A DNA stretch of 64,000 nucleotides from Fibrobacterales bacterium (GTDB taxonomy: Bacteria; Fibrobacterota; Fibrobacteria; Fibrobacterales; JAOPTW01): contig JAOPTX010000037.1 in NCBI GenBank assembly GCA_051532055.1, forward strand, positions 67,180-131,179, in the 5' to 3' direction. Each line of letters opens with the position of its first letter. The stretch's first letter is position 1. This document shows, in pieces, positions 50,562 through 61,900 of the stretch. The notes under the pieces were generated by a model. That model did no database searches and was not told the DNA's origin. It saw nothing but the letters and a program-made list of their open reading frames with translations. Made by a program: the position numbers and the translations under genes.

Positions 50562-51017
50562 TTATACGATATCGAGAATATTGAACACTTTCTCTCTAAA
50601 GGTAATAGTGTCACCTACACGCTTGTGTGAGAACTCTTTCCCGAGCGGTGACCCCAGAGACATTGTACAGAAAGTATCACCATTGAGTTCAAGCTCACCA
50701 ATCCCAATAGATATAAAATATTTGTATTTATCAGTAATGACAACACTTCCCGGTTTTACCTCATCCACCACAGCAGACACATCAATTTGATCTAATATAG
50801 TTCTCTGTTGTAGGTACTGGGCAACTTGCGCCTTATGCTTGTCAATTTCAATATGCATCATTGAGCGACCTGTTTCATATTTGTCACCCACACTACTTTT
50901 AGCTTCCAGTTCAGCGTCCTCTTCGACTTCAGCCATTGCAGATCTTTCCATTTCGATATTTTCATCGACATGACCCAAACATAATGCGTAGAGTTTCGTT
51001 TTAATTTCGAGATTCAT
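50562..51017 (-). CDS. GreA/GreB-like protein
   Basis: KSSVGDKYETGRSM coiled coil, SLGSPLGK..VGDTITF. Confidence 0.75.
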   Translation of the reverse strand: MNLEIKTKLYALCLGHVDENIEMERSAMAEVEEDAELEAKSSVGDKYETGRSMMHIEIDKHKAQVAQYLQQRTILDQIDVSAVVDEVKPGSVVITDKYKYFISIGIGELELNGDTFCTMSLGSPLGKEFSHKRVGDTITFREKVFNILDIV

Positions 51018-51149
51018 ATAGTGCTCCAAAATAAGAAGGCAAGACCACCCTTCAACGGTGTGTCTCGCCACTTAATTCTATGATTACTATACTATCACTA
51101 TAAAAGACACAATGCAAACAATTTTGAAGATGTTTAATTTAAAATTGGG

Positions 51150-52253
51150 TTATGACTCAAAATCATTAAATGCATACCCATACTGCTCTCCAATTGCACG
51201 ACTATAGAGCATACCATCAGAAAGGGCGAGCCCTTTCTGTAACAACGGGTTTTTACAGGCTTCTCTCCATTCAGAATTACACAACTTCTTAATATAGCCA
51301 AGAGTTAATGCTGTTAATGCTTTTGTAGAAGTACGCGGCACTGCTCCCGGCATATTAGCCACCCCATAATGAAGGACACCATCGACGTAGTGTATAGGGT
51401 TTTCATGAGTTGTTACCGTACTCGTCCCAATACACCCTCCTTGATCTACTGCCACATCAACAATGACACTCCCCGGTTTCATGTGACCAATATCATCACG
51501 AGTAACTAAAATCGGCGCTTTAGCACCGGGTACCAATACTGCACCTATCACTAAATCGGCCTGAGTAACTACGTTTTGAATAGTTGCCGGATCTGAATAA
51601 AGAGTATCGAAAGAACCCGTTAATATTTCTGATAGATAGGTCATTCGCTCTTGATCAATATCCAAGACAGTAACATGGGCTCCAAGCCCGAGAGCCATTT
51701 TTGCGGCCTCGGCACCAACAGTCCCCCCTCCCAAAATAACGACACGCCCTTTGGGAACACCAGGCACACCTCCAAGGAGTACTCCACTACCGCCCATATG
51801 ATTCATCAAATAGTGCGCCCCCACTTGTACAGAAAGACGACCTGCAATTTGCGACATGGGGTAGAGTAATGGTAATCCTCCCTTCTTATTCTCAATAGTT
51901 TCGTAGGCAAAAGCAGTGCACCGGCAATTGAGCAATCCATCGGTGAGGGATTGTGATGATGCTAAATGGAGATAGGTGAAAAGGATATGATCTGGTCTGA
52001 GAAGCTGTATCTCTGAGGCCTGCGGTTCTTTAACTTTAACAATCATCTCACTCTGATCAAAAACCTCAGCTGCTTCTGAGACTATAATTGCACCAGCTGA
52101 CACATAGGCATCATCACTATACCCTGACCCAGCTCCCGCTCCTTTTTGCACAAAGACAGAGTGCCCATCCGCTATTAAAGACTGAGCTCCTTCGGGCACA
52201 AGAGCTATGCGACTTTCGGCCAACTTTATTTCTTTAGGAATCCCAATTATCAC
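51150..52253 (-). CDS. ald: Alanine dehydrogenase
   Basis: [43 protein letters not shown]. Confidence 0.96.
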   Translation of the reverse strand: MIIGIPKEIKLAESRIALVPEGAQSLIADGHSVFVQKGAGAGSGYSDDAYVSAGAIIVSEAAEVFDQSEMIVKVKEPQASEIQLLRPDHILFTYLHLASSQSLTDGLLNCRCTAFAYETIENKKGGLPLLYPMSQIAGRLSVQVGAHYLMNHMGGSGVLLGGVPGVPKGRVVILGGGTVGAEAAKMALGLGAHVTVLDIDQERMTYLSEILTGSFDTLYSDPATIQNVVTQADLVIGAVLVPGAKAPILVTRDDIGHMKPGSVIVDVAVDQGGCIGTSTVTTHENPIHYVDGVLHYGVANMPGAVPRTSTKALTALTLGYIKKLCNSEWREACKNPLLQKGLALSDGMLYSRAIGEQYGYAFNDFES

Positions 52254-52409
52254 AATAACCTCTAATTAATAATTTGGTAAGTAGACCAGCATTGAATTAA
52301 ATCACATAATTTACAGGGCTTACTTTACCCATAGCTTACTATTTCCGGTGTTTAATTGCACGAACTATCATAAGTTGGTATACTGAAATATGGTTTAACG
52401 TTTTAGCTC

Positions 52410-54143
52410 ATGCCACGTATTGGGATATTGTCATCAAACAAACAAGAAATGCTCACCTTAGCTGTGCTCCTTAAGGAACAAGGTTATACTATAATACCCA
52501 TTCCTAACAATCCCAAAACGACTCACCTCTACCTCATGAAAGAGAAGCCTGACGTGATTATTGTTGAGCTCCCTAGAAACCCTTTTCAGCAACTCGACAT
52601 TATACAAGACATTCACTATAGTAAATTACTTTCGGCAATTCCAATCATAGGTTTTGGTGAACATACTGACCATCAAATGGTAAAGAAATTTAGCTCAGTA
52701 GGAATTGTAAAATACCTACTACAGCCTATACGAACTAAGATTCTTCTTCATATACTTGAAACAATTATTACTGCACGACTCCGTAGCGAAAGCCCACAAA
52801 AGGCACGGGTCTATACTGATACTGAAGAGAATACCATGCTTCTTGACTCCAATGTATTAGCCGGTCTCAAGATTGAGCACATGGTCAAAAAAATTGATAA
52901 ACTCCTCAGTTTTCCTTTTACTATTTCAAAATTCATAGAGCTCACCTCTGACCCCAAGTATGCGATTGATGATCTTGTTAAGGTAATAAAGCTTGACCCA
53001 GGCCTCTCGGCAACCATACTTAAAGCGGCAAATTCGGTAGAATTTGGTACTCACCGCAGGGTTCAAGACTTTAAAGAGGCAATAATACGCATAGGTTTTG
53101 AAGTTACTCAAAATATAGTCCTCAGTGTAAAGGTGATGGAACTCCTCCCTTCGGAATCAAATCATACACAGTTTGATCGTCAAGACTTTTGGTACCATAG
53201 TATCTGTAATGCACTAATTTCAGAGAAACTTGCGCAAAAAATAAAATTTTCAAAGCCTGGATATGCATTTCTTGCCGGCCTCCTTCACGACTACCCAATC
53301 TTACTCTATGATGAATATTTTGGTCCAGCCTTTGATAAAATTTTGCACAAAAGCTTGACCTCATTCGTAAGTATCGAAAAAGCATCACGAGAAATTCTTG
53401 GATTTCATCCCAGTGAGTTTATAGTTGATCTCTCACATCAATGGGGGCTTCCCAATGAAGTGATCAATGCCCTTCGCTATCATAAGTCATTTATTCATCT
53501 CCCCTCAAAACTTAACCGGCTAGAAGAAAAGCAACTCATTTCCATTGTGGGAATGTCCGACATTTTAGCAAAAGTTATTCGTTTCGGTAAAAGTGTGGAT
53601 GAATATATTTATCCAATACCACAAGAGACAATGGAAATATTAAAATTTAATGCAGGAATCCCTCACTCATTTATCGACTCTATCCCCTTTCAAGTAGAAC
53701 GGTTTTGCATGATGCTTGGACTCCCCCGTAAGCCCTATCCCGTACCTTGCTTTGCGCGGAATGATGAACCTACTCCAATGAGTATAATTATACAATCACA
53801 TAGGTCATTTTTTGAACCACACATCTTTTTCTTAGAACAGAGTGATATTGGGACTACAACTCTCTTCACTCTTGAAGCCCTTCAGGAAAAACTCGATGGG
53901 GATGAGTCTATCGATTTTATTTTTCTTAATGAGCTCCCCGGTGACCTTCCCGATCAATTTGATCCTTTCTTAACTCTCCTTGAACTCTACCCCCCTCATG
54001 TTATCATTTTCAAAGAACCTGATGGCAATTTAGAGATCTCTGAGCAATGTGAAGCCAAAATCCTTTCTAAAAAAATCGATATTAGATTTATTATACAAGA
54101 GATAGACTCCCTCTCTATTGACCTAGAAGACATTACTCGGTAA
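52410..54143 (+). CDS. Receiver-like + HDOD domain protein
   Basis: N-terminal REC-like; DPGLSATILKAANS, FWYHSI, AFLAGLLHD, QWGLP. Confidence 0.85.
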   Translation: MPRIGILSSNKQEMLTLAVLLKEQGYTIIPIPNNPKTTHLYLMKEKPDVIIVELPRNPFQQLDIIQDIHYSKLLSAIPIIGFGEHTDHQMVKKFSSVGIVKYLLQPIRTKILLHILETIITARLRSESPQKARVYTDTEENTMLLDSNVLAGLKIEHMVKKIDKLLSFPFTISKFIELTSDPKYAIDDLVKVIKLDPGLSATILKAANSVEFGTHRRVQDFKEAIIRIGFEVTQNIVLSVKVMELLPSESNHTQFDRQDFWYHSICNALISEKLAQKIKFSKPGYAFLAGLLHDYPILLYDEYFGPAFDKILHKSLTSFVSIEKASREILGFHPSEFIVDLSHQWGLPNEVINALRYHKSFIHLPSKLNRLEEKQLISIVGMSDILAKVIRFGKSVDEYIYPIPQETMEILKFNAGIPHSFIDSIPFQVERFCMMLGLPRKPYPVPCFARNDEPTPMSIIIQSHRSFFEPHIFFLEQSDIGTTTLFTLEALQEKLDGDESIDFIFLNELPGDLPDQFDPFLTLLELYPPHVIIFKEPDGNLEISEQCEAKILSKKIDIRFIIQEIDSLSIDLEDITR

Positions 54144-54238
54144 TTACTCATCTTACAGTATTAGTTTTCAGATTCCTTTTCTTTTATTCCCATTGCGTAC
54201 TAATTAAATTATTTTGATACTAGCTCACTGAGGTCACA

Positions 54239-54721
54239 ATGTCGAAACCTATGTATCAAAAGAAATTTTTAGAGAAAGCAATTGAACTTGCACAACACCA
54301 CTCTGCAGATGGTACCCACGGCCCCTTTGGTGCAGTCATTGTTAAAGATGGAATTATCATTGCTGAAGGATGGAATAGTGTAGTTGCTGCACATGACCCA
54401 ACTGCTCACGCTGAGGTTGTTGCAATACGCAATGCAGGCCAAAAAATGAAAACCCACGAACTCGCTGGTACTGAAATTTACGCATCCTGTGAACCATGCC
54501 CTATGTGCCTCTCTGCTATTTACTGGTCACGGATAGAGACTCTCTACTACGCATCAGCTGCAGAAGATGCAACAGCTGCAGGGTTTGATGATTCTCACTT
54601 ATATACAGAAGTAGCCCTCCCCTGGGAAATGCGTTCTTTAAATGCATCACAACACTTACGTGATGAAGCACAAGCCGTCTTTACACAATGGACAGAAAAC
54701 GGTAATAGACAAGAATACTAA
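54239..54721 (+). CDS. Nucleoside/guanine deaminase (cytidine-deaminase fold)
   Basis: GPFGAVIV, HDPTAHAE, SCEPCPMC, AGFDDS. Confidence 0.92.
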   Translation: MSKPMYQKKFLEKAIELAQHHSADGTHGPFGAVIVKDGIIIAEGWNSVVAAHDPTAHAEVVAIRNAGQKMKTHELAGTEIYASCEPCPMCLSAIYWSRIETLYYASAAEDATAAGFDDSHLYTEVALPWEMRSLNASQHLRDEAQAVFTQWTENGNRQEY

Positions 54722-54759
54722 CAGTAAACAACTATACTCACTAACAAAACACTACCACT

Positions 54760-55530
54760 CTAGGGAACATCAATTTCACTCACTCCATATTTACTATACA
54801 GCGATTTTATAAATTTTTGGTTAAGAGTAAGCCAATGATTCATCTTTGTAATAATCTTTTTGTGTTTTATCGTTGATAAAAGAAACGATCCTTTTATGTA
54901 TGGAAGCTCTGGGTCGAATACAAGAAGTGAATCCGACTCTTTGAGCTGATTTACCAAAATATATTGTGAAGCTACAGGATTTACATAAGCTCCATCAATA
55001 CGACCATGTAATACCATATGCAACAGTCCACTAAAGCTTGGGTTATGAGTGATTGACACTTTCCCTTTATCAATATAGTCCTGGAGTGCTTCTGGGGTAA
55101 ACCCGAGAAGTGTTCCTACCACGGAAAGGCTATCGATCCCCATTCCCTTGCGAGTAGGCTTTACTAATACCCCATCAAGATATTCTATAACAGCTTCAGA
55201 ATATGAAATATGGACACCTTTTTTTAAATCACCACCCCAATTGGGTGAGTCGGGGAACTTAAAGTCAATCTGACCTTCAACCAAATTTCTGTAAAGTCGC
55301 TTAATGGGCATTGGTTGGTATACAAAATCAACTCCCACATCTTTTGAAAATTTATCAAGAATATCACGTCCAAATCCAGTGTATACCCCGCCTGGGCTAC
55401 TATAAAAAGGTAAATAATCGAGTTCTTCAACTCCAACAGTATACACTTTTTTAGTAACGGAACTTCCTATAGAGACGAATGCCAGAATAACGATAACTAT
55501 AAATAATGAACGATTCACACCACTACTCAA
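54760..55530 (-). CDS. Periplasmic substrate-binding protein (amino-acid PBP family)
   Basis: Signal/TM segment, YLPFY, PIKRL, HGRIDG. Confidence 0.8.
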   Translation of the reverse strand: MSSGVNRSLFIVIVILAFVSIGSSVTKKVYTVGVEELDYLPFYSSPGGVYTGFGRDILDKFSKDVGVDFVYQPMPIKRLYRNLVEGQIDFKFPDSPNWGGDLKKGVHISYSEAVIEYLDGVLVKPTRKGMGIDSLSVVGTLLGFTPEALQDYIDKGKVSITHNPSFSGLLHMVLHGRIDGAYVNPVASQYILVNQLKESDSLLVFDPELPYIKGSFLLSTIKHKKIITKMNHWLTLNQKFIKSLYSKYGVSEIDVP

Positions 55531-55736
55531 TATGGTGTTTGATTTTCAATGCATCGATGGTCTTTTGATTCTGCAAAAACATCGAGTAATTCCTTGGCAA
55601 ACCCAGAATAAATACCTTGTTCCGTTATATAATAGGGTAGATATTTCAGGTTTTCAACTCCTACTGTATATGTTTTTGCAGTCAAGGGAGTTGTAAACAA
55701 CCCGAGTATTACAATTAGTATCAATAAGAATTTCAT
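55527..55736 (-). pseudogene. Truncated paralog of the substrate-binding protein
   Basis: YTVGVENLKYLPYY..GIYSGFAKELLD matches the N-terminus of 54760-55530, then ends at 69 aa. Confidence 0.65.
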
Positions 55737-55884
55737 TGTTGCCTTAATAGTTGATTATTCGACCTTTCTTCATGATACTTCTATTTTGATTTATTAACCA
55801 GAAATATTATCGTCAAATCCTACATCTATGTTATTCTTCTATAAAACATAATTTTAGAAGAAACAGCAATTAGTGGCAAAAGCC

Positions 55885-55927
55885 AATCAAAAAAGACCTC
55901 TGCTAATGCACGAGGTCTTTTTTGATT
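55885..55927. terminator. Intrinsic terminator of the giant gene
   Basis: aatcaaaaaagacctc...gaggtctttttttgatt-type inverted repeat with flanking A/T tracts. Confidence 0.8.
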
Positions 55928-55970
55928 TAGTTCTATTTAGGGCAACCCAAATAACAAATACTTAAAGATG

Positions 55971-58900
55971 TTAATAAAGCCATCTATCCGAGTGTATGTA
56001 TCCCCATTTATCGAGAATGTATTCAGAATTTGATCCAATTCTATCACCATGGTTATAGAATGCATCATTTTCACTATCAACATCCTCTGCATATGAATTC
56101 TCTTTATATTGATAGACAATTAACTTTGCTTCGGCGCTCAACAAATAAACGCCCGTTGCATATTTCTTGCCAACACTATTTATAAGTCCTTCAACAGTCG
56201 GTTTAATTGCGACTCGAACTGCAACTTTACCATCATCGTTAATGTTTTCTGGCTTCACAATTTTAATTACAGGAATTTTCATTCGATCTACAAATTGCCC
56301 TATTGGGTCATATATATACACTTCAATATGTATCGTAGCAAAATGGAGTGGAACCCATGACATATCGCCTTCATCAATTATCATTTCACCATTAGGACCT
56401 TGAGTACGTGTACCAACTAAGCGTAATCCACCGCGCGCAGCGCCATCACTCTGATTACTTCCACCCATGTGTGGAACACTCAACTCCAGAAGAAGCGTTG
56501 GACCGACGTGATTTGTTGATTTTTTACGATCTTGGGCTAGAGCTGCTTTGTATGTATCATATTTTTGATCGATCGCTGTAACATCATCAACCGTAACCGA
56601 ACCACTCGCCACAATTGAGTCACTGAACTCAAAATAATTCAAAATACTCAATTCATCTGAAACAGCAATCTGACCAATGTCTCTATGAACTTCCTCAATA
56701 GAACCATTGGTTCCCGAGTAAATCTCAACCTCTTCATTCCGCGAATAATCAACTAATGAAACACCTATATAACTCTCTTCAGAGTCAAATTCACCATTCG
56801 AAATAATTCTATCCAGAGCTGGAGCATTAGGGTTCCTGCCATCAATCATATCATTCTCAACTTCCATAACTACGTCAACACTATTAAAGTTTACATACAC
56901 TCGAGTAGAATCACAGCCAACATTACCCGCTCTATCCGTATCGCATCGAGAGATTGTATTATACCCAACGTTAATGGTATCAAGGTTCAATGTGTCTTGT
57001 GAAGTCCCTTCAATAGTCCAATCAACAATCGCGAGATATTGATGGAGTTCTGATCTATCTCTTGGAGTAATAATCTCTACATTAGGAGCTGTTGTATCGA
57101 GCATAATAAAGAACGGTACGCCGCCATAGTTCCCATAAACATCAGTTGTATCGACACCTACAGGTGTTAATACCCCTTCATTCAAGTCAGGCTTAAAGGA
57201 GACAATCTCGGATTTTATCCTGAAATTTGAATCAAGAGTGGTAACAACAGCTCGTACAATGTAATTGGTATCATTAGTGAAAACGGTATCAAGCGGGCCT
57301 TCTATACCCTCTACAATGATATTAGGCTCTACTGTACTCCAATGAACAAATACGGTATCTGCACCCCACATATCTTTAGTTTCATCACTATGCCATCTAT
57401 CTACTCCAATGATTTTTGATTGAATAGTATCGCTCTCAGTTGGGGTAATTACATTCCAATCTGATTTTTCGGTACCATCAACAGTATAATAGACAAATAC
57501 TGAATCACTGTTGGTATATATTTTGGTCCCTTCACCTGGATAGATAACTGAATCAATCATTACTGAATCAATAATAAGGGTAACCTTTTCAAAGATGTTT
57601 TCAACTGAAATAGTAAGGGTATCATAGATTATATCAATGGAATCTTTCGCATCATCAACAGACACAACTACTGAATGAATACGTTTCTTTTCAAAATCTA
57701 AACCACGACCATCTTTAACAGCGAGTTCACCATCTACGGTTATATAAAAAGAAGAGTTGGTATCTACAACAGTGATCGAAAACAGGGAGTCATCGACATC
57801 ATATATAGGGATAGATTGAATAGTACCCGTAGTATTTTCAAAAATAGTAAATGAGTCTTGAGTAATAACAGGAAGGTCATTCACTGGTATAACATATAAA
57901 AGTTGATCATAATAGTACTTACTATAATGAATGCCATCAAATGCTCGTAACCTTACATACATATCGCCGTTATAATCATCATTTGGAAAAACAGTATTAC
58001 CCCGTTTCCAATAATCATTAGTATCTACCGGTATACGTATTTGTTTTTCATAACTCGTATCACGATGTGTCGTAATTATGGTATCGATAGGATTGACATT
58101 TATAAGAGTGTCATACGTTACCGTAATGGTGGTATCATAAGTCACATTAGTATCAATTACCGAATAATCAATAGTACTTGGATCTAAAATATTTTCATAT
58201 TCATAATGCCAGAGAGTGTCGTATACTATAACGGTTACATCTGAAGAGTCACTATCAACATCACGAACAACAAGTGTATCGCCATCGATAACAATTGATG
58301 AATCCTCCAAAACATAGAGAGTATCCACCAAGATTAAGTATGGTAGGTCATTATAAGCGGTAATTCGAAGTGTCATGGATTGAGTACCACTTCTATTAAC
58401 TCCACCATTAGCCAAACCCCCATTATCCTCTGCATAGACATCGATGGTAACTGAACCAGTCACATTAGTGTCCGTTTTAAAGGTGAGTTCCCCTGCTCTA
58501 TTAATATAAGGCTTTATATCAAAAAGTGATAGGTCTGATACTGTTAGATGAAAATCAACACGATCAGCTTCCAGTGGACCACTCGATATATTGCTAATCC
58601 ATGGAATACTGATACGGCCAGCATCTTCTCCAATAGTATATTGGGAATCCATATCAAAAGATGGTGCATCATTTACTGGTATTACATCCACTACTATACC
58701 ATAAGATGTACTCGTATCTACGCCATCCGTAACTCTAATGTCTGTCCATATATCGTGATAAAAGTTTGCAGCAGGAATAAAGATTGAGTCGGTAACGGTA
58801 TGATGAGTTCCATCCTTGAGAATTATGGTAAAGTCATCACCACTATCATTATCTACAACTGTTATGTCACTCTTACGAATTACGAGGGTATCATCTTCTA

Positions 58901-61900
58901 GAACCGAGAACGATTTAATCGTGATAATCACTGGCTTATCATTCACCGATAAGAACTCAAGAATTAATTGCTGATAGGCACTCGAATCAATACCAAGGCT
59001 ATCAGTACGAACATATCCATCGTCTTTTGCTCTTACCCAAATGGTATCTCTTCCATTGATATGTGGCTTCGTTTCAAACACAAGATCACCAGATGAATTA
59101 ATACTCGGAACTGTACTATAGAGTACCGAATCTATATCGGTTATTTGAAACCACACTAAATCACTTTCACGAGGACCTGGATTTATAGAGGTAATAAACG
59201 AAGTGTTGATCATACCAGTATCTTCAACAACGCTATAGAGAGGATTCATTTGGAATGATGGTGCATCATTAACCGGAATAACCTCAATAGTTATAACACT
59301 CTGGGATGTACTGTTCAAATCATCAGTAAGGGTGATTGGAACATAAAGTGTACCATAATAGTTGCTGTCAGGGGTCACAACATTATTTATAACACTATAA
59401 TTAACTGAATCACCAAGAGTTAACGTAATCAAATTCAAATCGCTGTCAGGGTCGAATATTTTGATTGAGTCTTTAGTAACGGTCACACTCCCATCTTCAA
59501 GTACCGTTATAACTTTTTGACTATCCAGGACTGGCGCATCATTCACTCCGCCTATTTCTATAATAAGTCTTTGAGTAACAAAATCATTACCGCCGTTATT
59601 GGTCCCTGCTGCATCTTTTAACGTCACATATAGTGTATCTTCACCAGTAATATTTTGTTTTGGAGTAAAGGTAAGAGAAACAGTACCATTGCTATTCAGA
59701 GTAAAAGTAGGATACTCGTCATACCAAAGAGCGTCCTTCGTCCCTTGAGGAGGTAATAACGTCATACCTGGATATTGAGCTGCCTCATTCGCAGGACCTG
59801 GCGTTACATCAATTGCAAAAAGACTATCCCACTGGGGGCTATCCTCTTTGACATCAATTTTAGAAAGAGGATTCCATCGAGGTGAATCATTTACTGGCTT
59901 GTAATCAACAACTACTGTATGGTTAAAAGTATTATTACTTATGCCACTATCTGTTAGCCTTAAATAAAGCTCAAAGGTCCCATTTGTATCTGTTGCTAAT
60001 TCATAGTCTATATAAATCATAGATGTATCAGAATTATACCGTACAGAAGGACCCGCTACCGTTGTAAACCAATCAGCTGGAGCAGTTGTAGTTACAGCAA
60101 AATCAAGTATTTGGTCTCTCTCATTTAATGGCCCTCGTGAAACATTTTTCACTTCTATAGTATGGAGCCCACTATCCTCAAGTCTATCAAAGCGAGGTTC
60201 CACAGTAAACGATGGGCTATCATTGACTGCTGTAACTGTTATTGTCATAATAAATTCATCACTGAGTCCCGATGTGTCCATTATAATTACGGGTACATAC
60301 AGTATTCCATAAAAATTAGTATCTGGCTTAATCGTAGTCCCTACAAAGCTATAGTTTACACTATCACGTATTGTTAACACGAGATCCAATGAGTCTGTAT
60401 CTATATCATAATAGATGAGATCCGACTCTTTAATAGTGTAAGCATGATCTTCTGGAAAACTCACGGAATGTTGCCCAGTAATCACTGGAGCATCATCAAC
60501 TGGTTTCACGGTAAGCTCAAACCATTGACTCACGGTATCCATGCCACCATTGACCGTAGTACCGTTATCTTTAACCATTACAGTAATGGTATCCAATCCA
60601 ATACTGTCTGGAGCTACGGTGAATAGTAATGTAACTGCCCCATTATCTTGAACATAGGCAACCTTTGGATAATCAACATACCATGAAGAGTCACGCGTTG
60701 TTTTAATAGTAATATCCAGGTTCTGATGGTTTTCATACACATCCCCACCTTCATCAAGTCCATCTATTAATATTGAAACATTAACAGAGTCTTCATTTAT
60801 CACCTTGTCATGTATAACATTAATCGTTGGTTGATCATTAACAGAGTCAACAACTACAGTGAGATCAAAAGACACTACACCACCCACACCATGATCATCA
60901 ATTGTAGAAGGAATAATTAAGGTTCCATTAAAATCAGAATCAGGAATCACAATAGTATCATTTGCAATGGTATAGAATTGCCCATTAGAAAGCTTTAAAG
61001 TAATAGCATCTAAATCAGTATCAATATCTGTAATGTTTAAGTCAGCTCGAGAAACGGCAAGGCTACCCCCTTCCAGAAAAACAAGTGAATCTTGGCCATT
61101 AAATATTGGTTTATCATTTATTGGTGTAAGGGTGATATAGATTTCATGAACGACTGAATCAACACCATTATGAGCAACACCGGCACTATCTCTCAAGAGA
61201 ATTCTTAAGGTATCTACTCCTGAACTATCTGGGGCTCCTACAAAATGAATGGTACCAAAGTTATTTCTATAATCATACTCTATCGTTGGAATTGAGTCAT
61301 ACCAATTATCATTTTTAGTTCTGATAATAGAAATGCCTGAAGCCTGGCTCAGCTCATTCAAAGGTCCTTCAAAAACATCCTGAATGTTAATGGTATGTAA
61401 ACCACTGTCTTCGATTCCAGAAAAGTTAGACACGGTAAATCGAGGAGCATCATTCACCGGAGTTACGGTAAGGACAAAATCTACAAAAGCTTTCCCCTTT
61501 TCATTATCCTCCAACACTGCTCGGAGCGTAAAATCTCCATTTATATCACTTATCGGTGTAAGTATAGAGTCGTCAACAATATCAAAATTTGCATCTGGTA
61601 AAATCATAAATTTTATATCTGAAACATCAGTATCAATATCATAATAAGTTAACATCGCCCTAGAAAGGGTTATCGTACTATCTTCCAATACGGTATCTGG
61701 TTGAACAGCAGTAATTACTGGAGGGTCATTCACTCCACCAACATAGACCGGTATTCTGATAGTATAAGTATCTATGCCTCCTCTATCAGTTGTCCCATTA
61801 TCAAAGAGAGTAATGGTAATCGTATCCACTCCAACTTCATTATCACTCACTGTAAATTCTAGAGTACCCATTGTATCACCATCTGTATATACAATTTTTG

